A model generated the notes under the pieces. It did not search any database. It saw only the letters and a list, made by a program, of their open reading frames with translations, and had not been told where the DNA came from. This document shows positions 40,622 to 50,748 of a DNA stretch of 64,000 bases, piece by piece. Positions within the stretch are counted from its first letter, which is position 1, and each line of letters begins with the position of its first letter. The position numbers were made by a program, and so were the translations under genes. Origin of the DNA: Vulcanimicrobiota bacterium (GTDB taxonomy: Bacteria; Vulcanimicrobiota; Vulcanimicrobiia; Vulcanimicrobiales; Vulcanimicrobiaceae); the NCBI GenBank assembly GCA_963695225.1, contig OY968762.1:128001-192000 (forward strand). Reading direction: 5' to 3'.

Positions 40622-40657
40622 CCTCGGGAAGGCGCGTTGCGCCGGGAGTGCCCTGCG

Positions 40658-41521
40658 ATGGCCCAGCCCCAAGTAGCGATCGTCACCGATAGCACGTCGG
40701 ATCTCGAACCCGGCTTCGCGGCGACGCTAGGCATCGACGTCGTCCCGCTGATCGTGCTCTTCGGCGACAAGCAGTACCGCGATTACCTCGATCTCTCGCG
40801 GCCCGATTTCTACAAGATGTTCGCCTCGGCGAGCGTCCTGCCGACGACGTCGCAGCCCTCGGCGCAATCGTTTGCCGATGCGTTCCGCCCGCACGTCGAA
40901 GCCGGGCAATCGATCCTCTGCGTTGTCGTCTCGTCGGGGCTTTCGGGCACGCTGAACGCGGCCTCCGCGGGCGCGGCGCAATTCCCCGGTGCGAAGATCA
41001 CGGTCTTCGACACGCACTCGGCCTCCGGGGGCCTCGCCATGCACGCGCGGCACGCCGCCGAGTTGGCGCGCGCCGGCGCGGGCCACGAGGAGATCCTCAC
41101 CGTCCTCGAGCGCTGGCGCGCGACGGAGAACCTCTACGTGGCGCTGCCGGACCTCTCGCACGTCGTGCGGACCGGGCGCGTCTCGCGAGCGCAAGGGTTC
41201 ATCGGCGGGCTGCTCAAGATCGTGCCCGTGTTGCGCCTCGGGCGCGCCGACGGCAAGCTCGAGATCGAGGCGAGCGTCCGCACGTTCGCGCGCGCGCAGG
41301 AGACGATGCTCGATACGACCGTTTCCAAGCTCGGCGACGTCGCGAAGGCACGCGTCTGCGTGATCCATGCGAACGCCCCGGAACTCGCCCGGTCGATGGT
41401 CGAGCGGCTTCGCGCGAAGCTGCCCGTCGCGCCGCTCGAACTCGACGTCTACGCCGCGGGGCCCGTGGTCGCGGCGCATGCCGGGCCCGGGGCCGTGGCG
41501 ATCTCGTCGATTCCGGGATAG
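40658..41521 (+). CDS. fakB: DegV family fatty acid-binding protein
   Basis: IVTDSTSDL, PTTSQPS, SSGLSGT, HAGPG. Confidence 0.9.
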   Translation: MAQPQVAIVTDSTSDLEPGFAATLGIDVVPLIVLFGDKQYRDYLDLSRPDFYKMFASASVLPTTSQPSAQSFADAFRPHVEAGQSILCVVVSSGLSGTLNAASAGAAQFPGAKITVFDTHSASGGLAMHARHAAELARAGAGHEEILTVLERWRATENLYVALPDLSHVVRTGRVSRAQGFIGGLLKIVPVLRLGRADGKLEIEASVRTFARAQETMLDTTVSKLGDVAKARVCVIHANAPELARSMVERLRAKLPVAPLELDVYAAGPVVAAHAGPGAVAISSIPG

Positions 41522-42657
41522 TGGGGCCGGGGCTCTACGTCCACCTCCCATTCTGTCCGTATCTGTGCCCGTATTGCGACTTTGCGAAGTGGCCGCTGCG
41601 GCGCAGCAGCGCCGCACGCTATCTCGCCGCGCTGGAAGCGCAGATCGCCGCCGCTCCGGCGTTCGCAGCGCGGACGCTGTTCTTGGGGGGCGGGACGCCG
41701 AACACGTACGCGCCGGAGGCGATCGTCGCGCTCGTCGCTCGCTTGCGCGAGCGTTTTGAACTCCCGGCGGACGCCGAGATCTCGATCGAAGTCAATCCGG
41801 ACCTTTCGCTGTGCGAAGGTTTCGAAGCGTACGCCGCGGCCGGGATCAACCGCTTGTCGGTCGGCGTGCAGTCGCTGGACGCGGAGGAACTCGTCCGGCT
41901 GGGGCGCCGCCACCGGCCGGCCGACGTGGCGGAGGTCGTGCGCCGTGCGCGCGCGGCCGGTTTCGCGAACCTCTCGATCGACCTGATGTTCGCGGTCCCG
42001 GGGCAAACGGTCGAATCGTGGCGCCGCACGCTCGACGCGGCGCTTGCGCTCGACCTGCCGCACCTCTCGACCTACGGCCTCACGATCGAGCCCGGGACGC
42101 GCTACGCCGCCTGGCAGGCGCGGGAGCCGGGCGCATTCGCCGATGAGGATACTGAAGCCGAATGTTACCGCATCGCGATCGAGGAACTCGGCGCGGCGGG
42201 TTACGAGCAGTACGAGCTGAGCAATTTCGCGAAACCCAGCTTCCGCTCAGCACACAATGCGAACTATTGGGCGAACGGTTCGTATCTCGGGCTCGGCGTC
42301 GGTGCGGCATCCTACCTAGACGGAGAACGGCGCACGACGACCCGGGACCTCGAGCGCTACTGCGAGGCGGCGCTCGCCGGAGAATCGGTCCCGGCGCAAT
42401 CCGAACGATTGGAGGGGGCAGCGTTGGTGGGCGAGGCAGCGATGCTGGCGCTGCGAACGAGCGAAGGGGTAGACTTCGCCGTGTTTGCGGAACGGTATGG
42501 GGTGGACTTCCCGAGCACCTATGCGCGCGAACTCGCCCGGCTCGTCCGCGACGGCCTGATCGCGCTCGGCGCGACGCACGCGGCCCTGACGCCGCGCGGC
42601 CGCTTCGTCGCGAACGACGTTTGCGCGGCGTTCCTCGCCCCGGTGCCGCGCTCGTGA
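41521..42657 (+). CDS. hemW: radical SAM heme chaperone (HemN-like)
   Basis: YVHLPFCPYLCPYCDF, GGGTP, YELSNF, HNANYW. Confidence 0.92.
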   Translation: MGPGLYVHLPFCPYLCPYCDFAKWPLRRSSAARYLAALEAQIAAAPAFAARTLFLGGGTPNTYAPEAIVALVARLRERFELPADAEISIEVNPDLSLCEGFEAYAAAGINRLSVGVQSLDAEELVRLGRRHRPADVAEVVRRARAAGFANLSIDLMFAVPGQTVESWRRTLDAALALDLPHLSTYGLTIEPGTRYAAWQAREPGAFADEDTEAECYRIAIEELGAAGYEQYELSNFAKPSFRSAHNANYWANGSYLGLGVGAASYLDGERRTTTRDLERYCEAALAGESVPAQSERLEGAALVGEAAMLALRTSEGVDFAVFAERYGVDFPSTYARELARLVRDGLIALGATHAALTPRGRFVANDVCAAFLAPVPRS

Positions 42658-43730
42658 GATCGACTTCGATCCTGCGGCTCGTGTTCGCGGTCGTCTTCGC
42701 GACCACGGGCTTCCTGCTCGGGCACGAAGCGTTCTTGCATCTGATCTCGTTGCACGTCGCGAGCGAAGGTTGGCTCGTCGCGTTGACGATCGGGGTCCCA
42801 GTGGCGGGTGCGCTGATCGGCGTCTTTCTCGCTCCGCTCGCGCAGGTCGTCTTCGAACGGCAGCTCGCGCAGGTCGAAGCGGCGGTCGAGAGCCTCGAAC
42901 CCGGGCAGATCGCCGGCGGAGCCGTCGGGCTGATCGCGGGGCTCGTGATCGCCTGGCTCGTCAAGAGCGTGCTCTTCGAGTTCGTGACGAACGCGGGGCG
43001 CGCCGGCGGCTACATCGCGATCGTCCTCTACCTGCTCTTCAGCCTGTTCGCGGCGTATCTGGGAGCGCGCGTCGGCTCGAAACAATCGCTCCCGTCGCTC
43101 GGCGGGCGCCTCGCGCCCGGCACGGGCGCGATCCCGAAGATCATCGACACGTCGGTGATCGTCGACGGGCGGCTGCTCGAGATCGTCGCGAGCGGATTTC
43201 TCGACGGCCCCCTCGTCTTGCCGCGGTTCGTACTGCGCGAGTTGCAAACGATCGCGGATTCGGCGGACCCGATGAAGCGGCTGCGCGGCCGCCGGGGGCT
43301 CGAGGTACTCGCGAAGCTGCAGCAGATCGCGACGCTCGAGATCAGCGAACGAAATTACGACGACGTCGGCGGCGCGGTCGACGCGAAGCTCGTGCGGCTC
43401 GCCCAGGAACGCGGCGGGAAGCTCGTCACGAACGATTACAACCTCAATCGCGTGGCGCACGTCGAGGGCGTCGCGGTGCTGAACATCAACGAACTCGCGA
43501 ATGCGGTCAAACCCGTCATGCTCCCCGGCGAAGAGATGTCCGTCTCGATCGTGCGCGACGGAAAGGAACCGCATCAAGGCGTGGGCTACCTCGAAGACGG
43601 AACGATGATCGTGGTCGAGAACGGCCGGCGCTTGATGGGAGAAGAAGTCGACGTGCAGGTGACGAGCGTGCTGCAGACCGCAGCCGGGCGCATGATCTTC
43701 GCGAAGCCGAAGCGTTCGGCGCGCGCGTGA
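42654..43730 (+). CDS. PIN/TRAM domain membrane protein (YacL-like)
   Basis: TM N-terminus; DTSVIVDGR, TNDYNLN, QGVGYLEDGTMIVVE, QTAAGRMIF. Confidence 0.92.
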   Translation: MRSTSILRLVFAVVFATTGFLLGHEAFLHLISLHVASEGWLVALTIGVPVAGALIGVFLAPLAQVVFERQLAQVEAAVESLEPGQIAGGAVGLIAGLVIAWLVKSVLFEFVTNAGRAGGYIAIVLYLLFSLFAAYLGARVGSKQSLPSLGGRLAPGTGAIPKIIDTSVIVDGRLLEIVASGFLDGPLVLPRFVLRELQTIADSADPMKRLRGRRGLEVLAKLQQIATLEISERNYDDVGGAVDAKLVRLAQERGGKLVTNDYNLNRVAHVEGVAVLNINELANAVKPVMLPGEEMSVSIVRDGKEPHQGVGYLEDGTMIVVENGRRLMGEEVDVQVTSVLQTAAGRMIFAKPKRSARA

Positions 43731-44437
43731 GCGTGGCGAACGCATTGCGCTGGGGGGCGATCGTCGTCGCCGCCGGCCGCGGGGTGCGCTTCGGGGCGCC
43801 GAAGCAGTTCATCGAGCTGGCGGGGCGGCCGATGGTTGCCTGGTCGATTGCGACGTTCGCCGCGCTCGACGCGGTTCGGGAGATCGTCGTCACCTCGGAG
43901 GCGGATTCGCTCGAAGCGATGGATGCCGTCCTCGCTCGCCACGCGCCGAACGTCGCGGCCTCGGCCGTGCTGGGCGGCGCGACGCGGCAGCACAGCGTCC
44001 GCAACGCGCTCGCCGCGCTCTCACACGAGATCGATGCCGTCTTCGTGCACGACGGGGCGCGGCCGCTCGTTTGCCGCGACGACGTCCTCGCCGGGATGGC
44101 CCTGGTCGCGCCGGGGCGCGCCGCGTTGCTCGCCGTGCCCGTCGTCGACACGATCAAGGTCGTCCCGCGCGGCGCCCGGCGCGTCGAACGGACGCTCGAA
44201 CGCGAGACGCTGTGGGCGGCGCAAACGCCGCAATTCGCGATGCTTGCCGATCTGCTGCGCGCTCACGCGGCGGCCGCGGGCGACGGCGCGACGGACGATG
44301 CGGCGCTGCTCGAGGCGCTGGGGATCGAGGTCGTCGTGGTCCCGGCGAGCGCCGAGAATTTCAAGGTCACGCTCCCCGCCGACCGGGCGCGAGCCGACGC
44401 GCTGCTCGCCCCGCGCGCGCGTGAGGTCGCACGATGA
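43727..44437 (+). CDS. ispD: 2-C-methyl-D-erythritol 4-phosphate cytidylyltransferase
   Basis: AAGRGVRFG..KQF, VHDGARP, AQTPQ, TDDA. Confidence 0.95.
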   Translation: MSVANALRWGAIVVAAGRGVRFGAPKQFIELAGRPMVAWSIATFAALDAVREIVVTSEADSLEAMDAVLARHAPNVAASAVLGGATRQHSVRNALAALSHEIDAVFVHDGARPLVCRDDVLAGMALVAPGRAALLAVPVVDTIKVVPRGARRVERTLERETLWAAQTPQFAMLADLLRAHAAAAGDGATDDAALLEALGIEVVVVPASAENFKVTLPADRARADALLAPRAREVAR

Positions 44438-44922
44438 CGCTGCCTCCGTTCCGCGTCGGGCACGGCTTCGATGCCCACCGGCTCGTGCCGGAACGCGCGT
44501 TCATCCTCGGCGGCGTCACGATTCCGTTCGAGCGCGGGCCGCTCGGGCATTCCGATGCGGACGTGCTCGCGCACGCGCTCTCCGATGCGATCCTCGGCGC
44601 GTGCGCGCTCGGCGATCTCGGCGCGCATTTCCCCGATAGCGATCCGCGCTGGAAAGGCGCCGATTCGCTGCAGCTCCTCGCGCATTGCGTTCGGCTCGCG
44701 AACGAGGCGGGCTACGCGCTCGGAAACCTCGACGCGACGGTCGTCGTCCAGGCCCCAAAGCTCGCCCCGCATCTCGCGGCGATTCGCGCGTGCGTCGCGG
44801 AGACGGTCGGGCTCGACGAGCGAGCCGTCAGCGTGAAGGCGAAGACGAGCGAGGGGATGGGCTACACCGGCGACGGGAGCGGGATCGCGGCCTACGCGGT
44901 CGCGCTCGTGGTCGCGCGCTGA
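44434..44922 (+). CDS. ispF: 2-C-methyl-D-erythritol 2,4-cyclodiphosphate synthase
   Basis: GHGFDAH, GHSDADV, VKAKTSEG. Confidence 0.96.
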   Translation: MTLPPFRVGHGFDAHRLVPERAFILGGVTIPFERGPLGHSDADVLAHALSDAILGACALGDLGAHFPDSDPRWKGADSLQLLAHCVRLANEAGYALGNLDATVVVQAPKLAPHLAAIRACVAETVGLDERAVSVKAKTSEGMGYTGDGSGIAAYAVALVVAR

Positions 44923-45503
44923 GCCCGCTCGGAGCGCTGCCGCGCGACGAAGCGCGCGAGGCGCTGCGGCAGGCGATGCAAGATGCCGGAATCTTGGAAT
45001 CTCCGGCCCCGGAGGCGGCGATGCGCTGGATCGACACGTTCATCGACGCCTACGGCTCGAGCGCGTCCGCGCAGGAGGCGCTTCCGGTCGTGCGCGCCCT
45101 GCGGGCGGAATCGGCGCTCGTTCCCGCCCTCGAGCTGGAGCGCTTGCGCAACCGGCAAGTCGTGTTCTTCCTCGACACCGTCGGTCAATACGTCGACGAC
45201 CAAGCGGAACTGCGCGGTTTGCCGCTGGAACACGATCTCGGCGAGATCGCTGCGGAGTTCGGCCTCGCCCCCGCAGACGCGTACCGGGCGGTGCGCACGG
45301 CCCTTACGGGCCGTTCCGACGGGCCGCCGCTCGAGTTGCTCTTTCCGTTGCTCGGGCACGATCGCATCCTGATGCGGATCGGGGCGATCTCCTCGCACCT
45401 CCTGCACGGACGGGGGCTCGAGCCGATCCGGTACGGCCCCGACGGCCGGCCGTTCGAGACGCTCGGCGGGCGCAAGCCGGAAACCGGGGACGGTATCCCG
45501 TAG
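44919..45503 (+). CDS. stand-alone GluRS anticodon-binding-domain-like protein
   Basis: VRTALTGRSDGPPLELLFPLLGHDRILMRI resembles the GltX C-terminus; no HIGH/KMSKS domain. Start CTG 44919 or ATG 44976. Confidence 0.65.
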   Translation: MSPLGALPRDEAREALRQAMQDAGILESPAPEAAMRWIDTFIDAYGSSASAQEALPVVRALRAESALVPALELERLRNRQVVFFLDTVGQYVDDQAELRGLPLEHDLGEIAAEFGLAPADAYRAVRTALTGRSDGPPLELLFPLLGHDRILMRIGAISSHLLHGRGLEPIRYGPDGRPFETLGGRKPETGDGIP

Positions 45504-45514
45504 GTTACCGGATC

Positions 45515-46214
45515 GTGAGCGTCTTCCAGAACATCCTCGCCGATCTCCAAGCTCCGATCGACCGCGATCCCGCCGCCCGCGGGCGTCTCGACGTGCTGCT
45601 TTCGTATCCCGGCTTCCATGCCGTCACGGCGCACCGCTTGATCCACGCGCTGCACCAAACGGGGCTGCCGATCGTGCCGCGCTTTCTCTCGCAGGTCGTG
45701 CGTTTTGCGACAGGGATCGAGATCCACCCCGGTGCGCGGATCGGCAAGGGGTTCTTCATCGATCACGGCATGGGCGTGGTGATCGGCGAGACGTGCGAGA
45801 TCGGCGACGACGTGACGATCTACCAGGGCGTCACGCTCGGCGGCACGAGCCTGACGGCGGGGAAGCGGCATCCCACGCTCGGCAACCGCGTGACGGTCGG
45901 CGTCAACGCGGCGGTCCTCGGTGCGATCACGCTCGCCGACGGCGCGAAGGTCGGGGCGGGTTCGGTCGTCGTGCACGACGTCCCGCCGAACGCGACTGTC
46001 GTCGGCGTCCCGGGGCACGTCGTCGCGCAGGACGGCAAGGCCGTGCGCCCGGTCGTGCCGCGCTCGCAAGTCGATATGCCCGACCCGGAAGGCGCGTTGA
46101 TCGAGCGCCTGACCGAGCGCATCGCCGCGCTCGAAGCGCGCCTCGCTTCGCTCGAGAACGTGCCCCGTTCCGCACGAACCTCCGCGAGCGTCAACTCGGT
46201 AGCCGCCTTCGACG

Positions 46215-46234
<20 letters not shown>
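45515..46234 (+). CDS. cysE: serine O-acetyltransferase
   Basis: RDPAA, TGIEIHPGA, FIDHGMGVVIGET, KRHPT. Confidence 0.96.
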
Positions 46235-47710
<1,476 letters not shown>

Positions 47711-47714
<4 letters not shown>

Positions 47715-48529
47715 GCTCGAAGCGAGCAGTTCCGGGGCGCCGCTTCACGCAGCGTCCGGAGCGGATCGATCTCGACGAAGTGATCTACGGCGTCCACGCC
47801 GTGGAAGAGGCGCTCGCAGGGGAAGAAGTGCTGCGGAAGATCCACGTCGGCGACGAGCGCAAGCGCGACCCGGCGCTCCAGGCGTTGCTCGAGCAGGCGC
47901 GCGAGCGCGAGGTCACGGTCTTCTTCGAACCGCGCACGTTCTTCGCGCAGTTTCCCTACCGCGCGCACCAGCAGGTCGTCGCCTTCGGCCCGCCGTTCGA
48001 TTACACGACAGTGGAGGAGGCGCTGGCGGCGCGGCGGCCGGGGCAGGGAGCGCTCGTCGTCGTGCTCGACCACATCACCGATCCGCACAACGCGGGGGCG
48101 ATCCTCCGCAGCGCGGAGTGCGCCGGGGCGGATCTCGTGGTCCTGCCCGAACGCCGGTCCGTCGGCATCAACGCGACGGTGCGCAAGGCAGCCGCCGGGG
48201 CAACGGCCTACTTGCCGGTTGCCCGGGTCGCCAACGTGGCCCAGGAACTGCGGCGGCTGAAGAAGGCCGGGCTCTGGGTCGCCGGGGCGGCCGTCGGCGG
48301 CGGCGCGGTGCCGTACACGCAGGCGGATTTCGTCCGGGACCTCGTCCTCGTGATCGGGGCCGAGGGCGACGGGATCTCGCAAATCGTTCGGGCGGAGTGC
48401 GATTTTCTCGTCGAGATCCCGCTCGCGGGCCGGATCGGCTCCCTGAACGCCTCCGTCGCCGCGGCGGTCTTGCTCTTCGAGGCGCGGCGCCAACGGGGGC
48501 CGCGCGAGACTAACCCGCCCGCCGAATGA
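47711..48529 (+). CDS. rlmB: 23S rRNA (G2251-2'-O)-methyltransferase
   Basis: YGVHAV, DPHNAGAILRSA, GAEGDG, SLNASVAA. Confidence 0.93.
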
Positions 48530-48554
48530 GGCCTTCCGCCTCCTCCCGCCGTCC

Positions 48555-48583
48555 TTGACCGCGTAGCAGGAGCCTCCTATAAT
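48555..48583 (+). promoter_or_regulatory. sigma70/SigA promoter of sigH
   Basis: TTGACC-N17-TATAAT, 75 nt upstream of the sigH ATG. Confidence 0.75.
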
Positions 48584-48658
48584 AGTCCGGATGTGGTCGG
48601 TACGACGGGCCCCGGCTCGCGCCTTCGCCCACATTGGTCCGAAGGGAGCAGACAATAG

Positions 48659-49300
48659 ATGGCAGTCACCGCACCGGAGGCGCTCGATTACCACGAGCGG
48701 AGCGACGAAGATCTGGTGTCGGCGGCTAAATCCGGCGACAATCTTGCGATGGAGTTCCTGTTAAATAAATACAAGAACTTCGTGCGGATCAAGGCAAAGA
48801 GTTATTTCCTCATCGGGGCCGATCGTGAAGACATCATCCAAGAAGGGATGATTGGGCTCTACAAAGCCGTTCGAGATTTCAAGGCCGACAAGCTCTCGAG
48901 CTTTCGCGCCTTCGCCGAGCTCTGCATCACGCGGCAGATCATCACGGCGATCAAGACGGCGACGCGTCAAAAGCATATTCCGCTCAATCAGTACATCTCG
49001 CTGAACAAGCCGATTTACGATGAGGACAGCGAGCGGACGTTGCTTGACGTCATGGCCGCCCAGAAGTCTTCCGACCCCGAAGAGCTCGTGATCAACCAGG
49101 AAGTATCCGAGGACATCAAGGAGCGCATCCAAGAGAACCTCTCGGATCTCGAGTCGCAGGTGTTGCTCTCGTACCTGGAAGGCAAGAGCTATCAGGAAAT
49201 GGCCCGCGACCTGAACCGCCACGTCAAATCGATCGACAACGCGCTGCAACGCGTCAAGCGGAAGATCGAGAAGAACCTCGCCGAGATCGAGCTACCGTAG
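48659..49300 (+). CDS. sigH: RNA polymerase sigma factor SigH (Spo0H family)
   Basis: YFLIGADREDIIQEGMIGLYKA, FAELCITRQIITAIKTATRQKHIPLN, KSIDNALQRVKRK; follows rlmB. Confidence 0.93.
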   Translation: MAVTAPEALDYHERSDEDLVSAAKSGDNLAMEFLLNKYKNFVRIKAKSYFLIGADREDIIQEGMIGLYKAVRDFKADKLSSFRAFAELCITRQIITAIKTATRQKHIPLNQYISLNKPIYDEDSERTLLDVMAAQKSSDPEELVINQEVSEDIKERIQENLSDLESQVLLSYLEGKSYQEMARDLNRHVKSIDNALQRVKRKIEKNLAEIELP

Positions 49301-49461
49301 CCCGAACTCGTGCCGTACGGATACGGCAGGAACGAACCTTCGAATGCGGGAGAGCGAGCGTGCTTCTCTCGCATTCGCGTCTACGGCGCCTTTACGGCAC
49401 CGCGCGGCGCGACGAGGACGCCGGCCGCCGAAGTCTGAAGGTTCGCACCGTGAAGTCGAAC

Positions 49462-49535
49462 GCCGACGTAGCTTAGTTGGCTAAAGCAGCAGTTTTGTAA
49501 ACTGCCTACCGCCGGTTCGAATCCGGCCGTCGGCT
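49462..49535 (+). tRNA. tRNA-Thr(UGU)
   Basis: Acceptor GCCGACG/CGTCGGC; anticodon arm GCAGT-TTTGTAA-ACTGC; GGTTCGAATCC. Confidence 0.93.
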
Positions 49536-49629
49536 CCGATCGTCCCCGGGAGTCTCCGCCGAGCGCGCGGGAAGGCGCGCGACGAGCGACAGGAGCTCTC
49601 CGGCGGGGGGCCAAAAGGTGAGCGGTCCC

Positions 49630-49717
49630 GGGTAGGTGGTCGAGTGGTTAAAGGCACCGGACTGTAAATTCGGCGCGCGAGAGCGCTACGCAGGTTCGAA
49701 TCCTGCCCTGCCCACCA
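49630..49717 (+). tRNA. tRNA-Tyr(GUA)
   Basis: CTGTAAA loop, long variable arm, encoded CCA. Confidence 0.95.
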
Positions 49718-49724
49718 GGACGTC

Positions 49725-49798
49725 GCGGGCGTTGCATAATGGTAATGCCCTTGCCTTCCAAGCAAGAGTCGCGGGTTCGATTCCCGCCGCCCGCTCCA
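49725..49798 (+). tRNA. tRNA-Gly(UCC)
   Basis: GCGGGCG acceptor, CTTCCAA loop, CCA. Confidence 0.95.
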
Positions 49799-49831
49799 AA
49801 AACTTCAAAACGTCTGCCGGCCCGCCGGCCC

Positions 49832-49906
49832 GCCCCTGTAGCTCAGTGGTAGAGCACGTCATTGGTAATGACGAGGTCGTGAGTTCAATCCTCACCGGGG
49901 GCTCCA
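49832..49906 (+). tRNA. tRNA-Thr(GGU)
   Basis: CGTCA-TTGGTAA-TGACG arm, CCA. Confidence 0.95.
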
Positions 49907-49918
49907 GATTTGAAATGC

Positions 49919-49953
49919 AAGCGGCCCGCCGGCGCTCTGCCGGCGGGCCGCTT
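49919..49953. terminator. hairpin between the tRNA cluster and a convergent small ORF
   Basis: Perfect 15-bp stem AAGCGGCCCGCCGGC/GCCGGCGGGCCGCTT; weak U tail. Confidence 0.55.
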
Positions 49954-49970
49954 CCGAACGCGGTCGGGTC

Positions 49971-50171
49971 CTACTTAGGACACTTGACGAACTTGCCGGT
50001 CTTGGGGTCCTTACACGACTTGGGCTTTGCTTTCATCGCGGGTGCGGCCGTCGCGACCGGGCACTTGACGAACTTGCCCTTGGCGTCGCGGCAGGTCTTG
50101 GCGGAAGCCATGCCGCTGCTGAGGGTGAGGGCGAACGCGAAGGCCAGGATAGCCGAAAGAAGACGAGCCAA
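49971..50171 (-). CDS. small secreted basic protein with two Cys-bracketed GKFVKC repeats
   Basis: AGGAG RBS before TTG 50171; signal peptide; CRDAKGKFVKCP and CKDPKTGKFVKCP. Confidence 0.75.
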   Translation of the reverse strand: MARLLSAILAFAFALTLSSGMASAKTCRDAKGKFVKCPVATAAPAMKAKPKSCKDPKTGKFVKCPK

Positions 50172-50344
50172 TTGGGGGGTCTCCTGTTTGGAAGTAATCT
50201 CGTCGAGTAACGAGACTTGCGGCCGATTCGTCTTAGGTGGCACCCGGTTCCCGCTGCCCGCGACATTTCCGCGCCGGAACGCGCAGGCTCTTCCGTCCGC
50301 GGGTACGTGAACTACCCGGAACGGTTACGGCTATACTGGGAGGG

Positions 50345-50584
50345 ATGTCGCAAGCCCAGGATCTGGCCAAGGCCCTCAACACCCTCGCAAAGCTTCCCCA
50401 GTTCTCGTACGTGAAGGCGCGCGCGACCGCGCGCGCCGACGGGAACGTCGACTGGCCCCGGACGAAGGCCCTCAACGAGGACTTCAACGCCGAAGTCGAC
50501 GGCTGCGAGGACTTCGTGATGCGCGACGGCAGCGTGTGCGCCTGGAACGCCGGCCGTTTTTCGTACGGCGCGCGGAAGATCTGA
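50345..50584 (+). CDS. hypothetical 79-aa protein
   Basis: GGGAGG RBS before ATG 50345; host-like GC3 codon use. Confidence 0.65.
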   Translation: MSQAQDLAKALNTLAKLPQFSYVKARATARADGNVDWPRTKALNEDFNAEVDGCEDFVMRDGSVCAWNAGRFSYGARKI

Positions 50585-50644
50585 GCGGGCCGGAAGAACG
50601 TGGGAGGGGCGGCCGTTTGCGACCGCCCCTCCGCACGCCCCCGG

Positions 50645-50739
50645 CGTCATCCTTCGAGCGCACCCTTCGATGTGCTCACCCTTCGATGTGCTCACCCTTC
50701 GACGAGTTCAGGGTGAGCCTGCCGCAAGCTTAGGGTGAC
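50645..50739. repeat. REP-like element with a 16-bp tandem unit CACCCTTCGA(TGTGCT) x3
   Basis: Units at 50661, 50677 and 50693, followed by CAGGGTGA and TAGGGTGAC complementary arms. Confidence 0.7.
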
Positions 50740-50748
50740 TCGTTACGG

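Noticed and set aside
50661..50710. Possible CRISPR array
   Set aside because: The 16-bp units abut without unique spacers and there are no cas genes.
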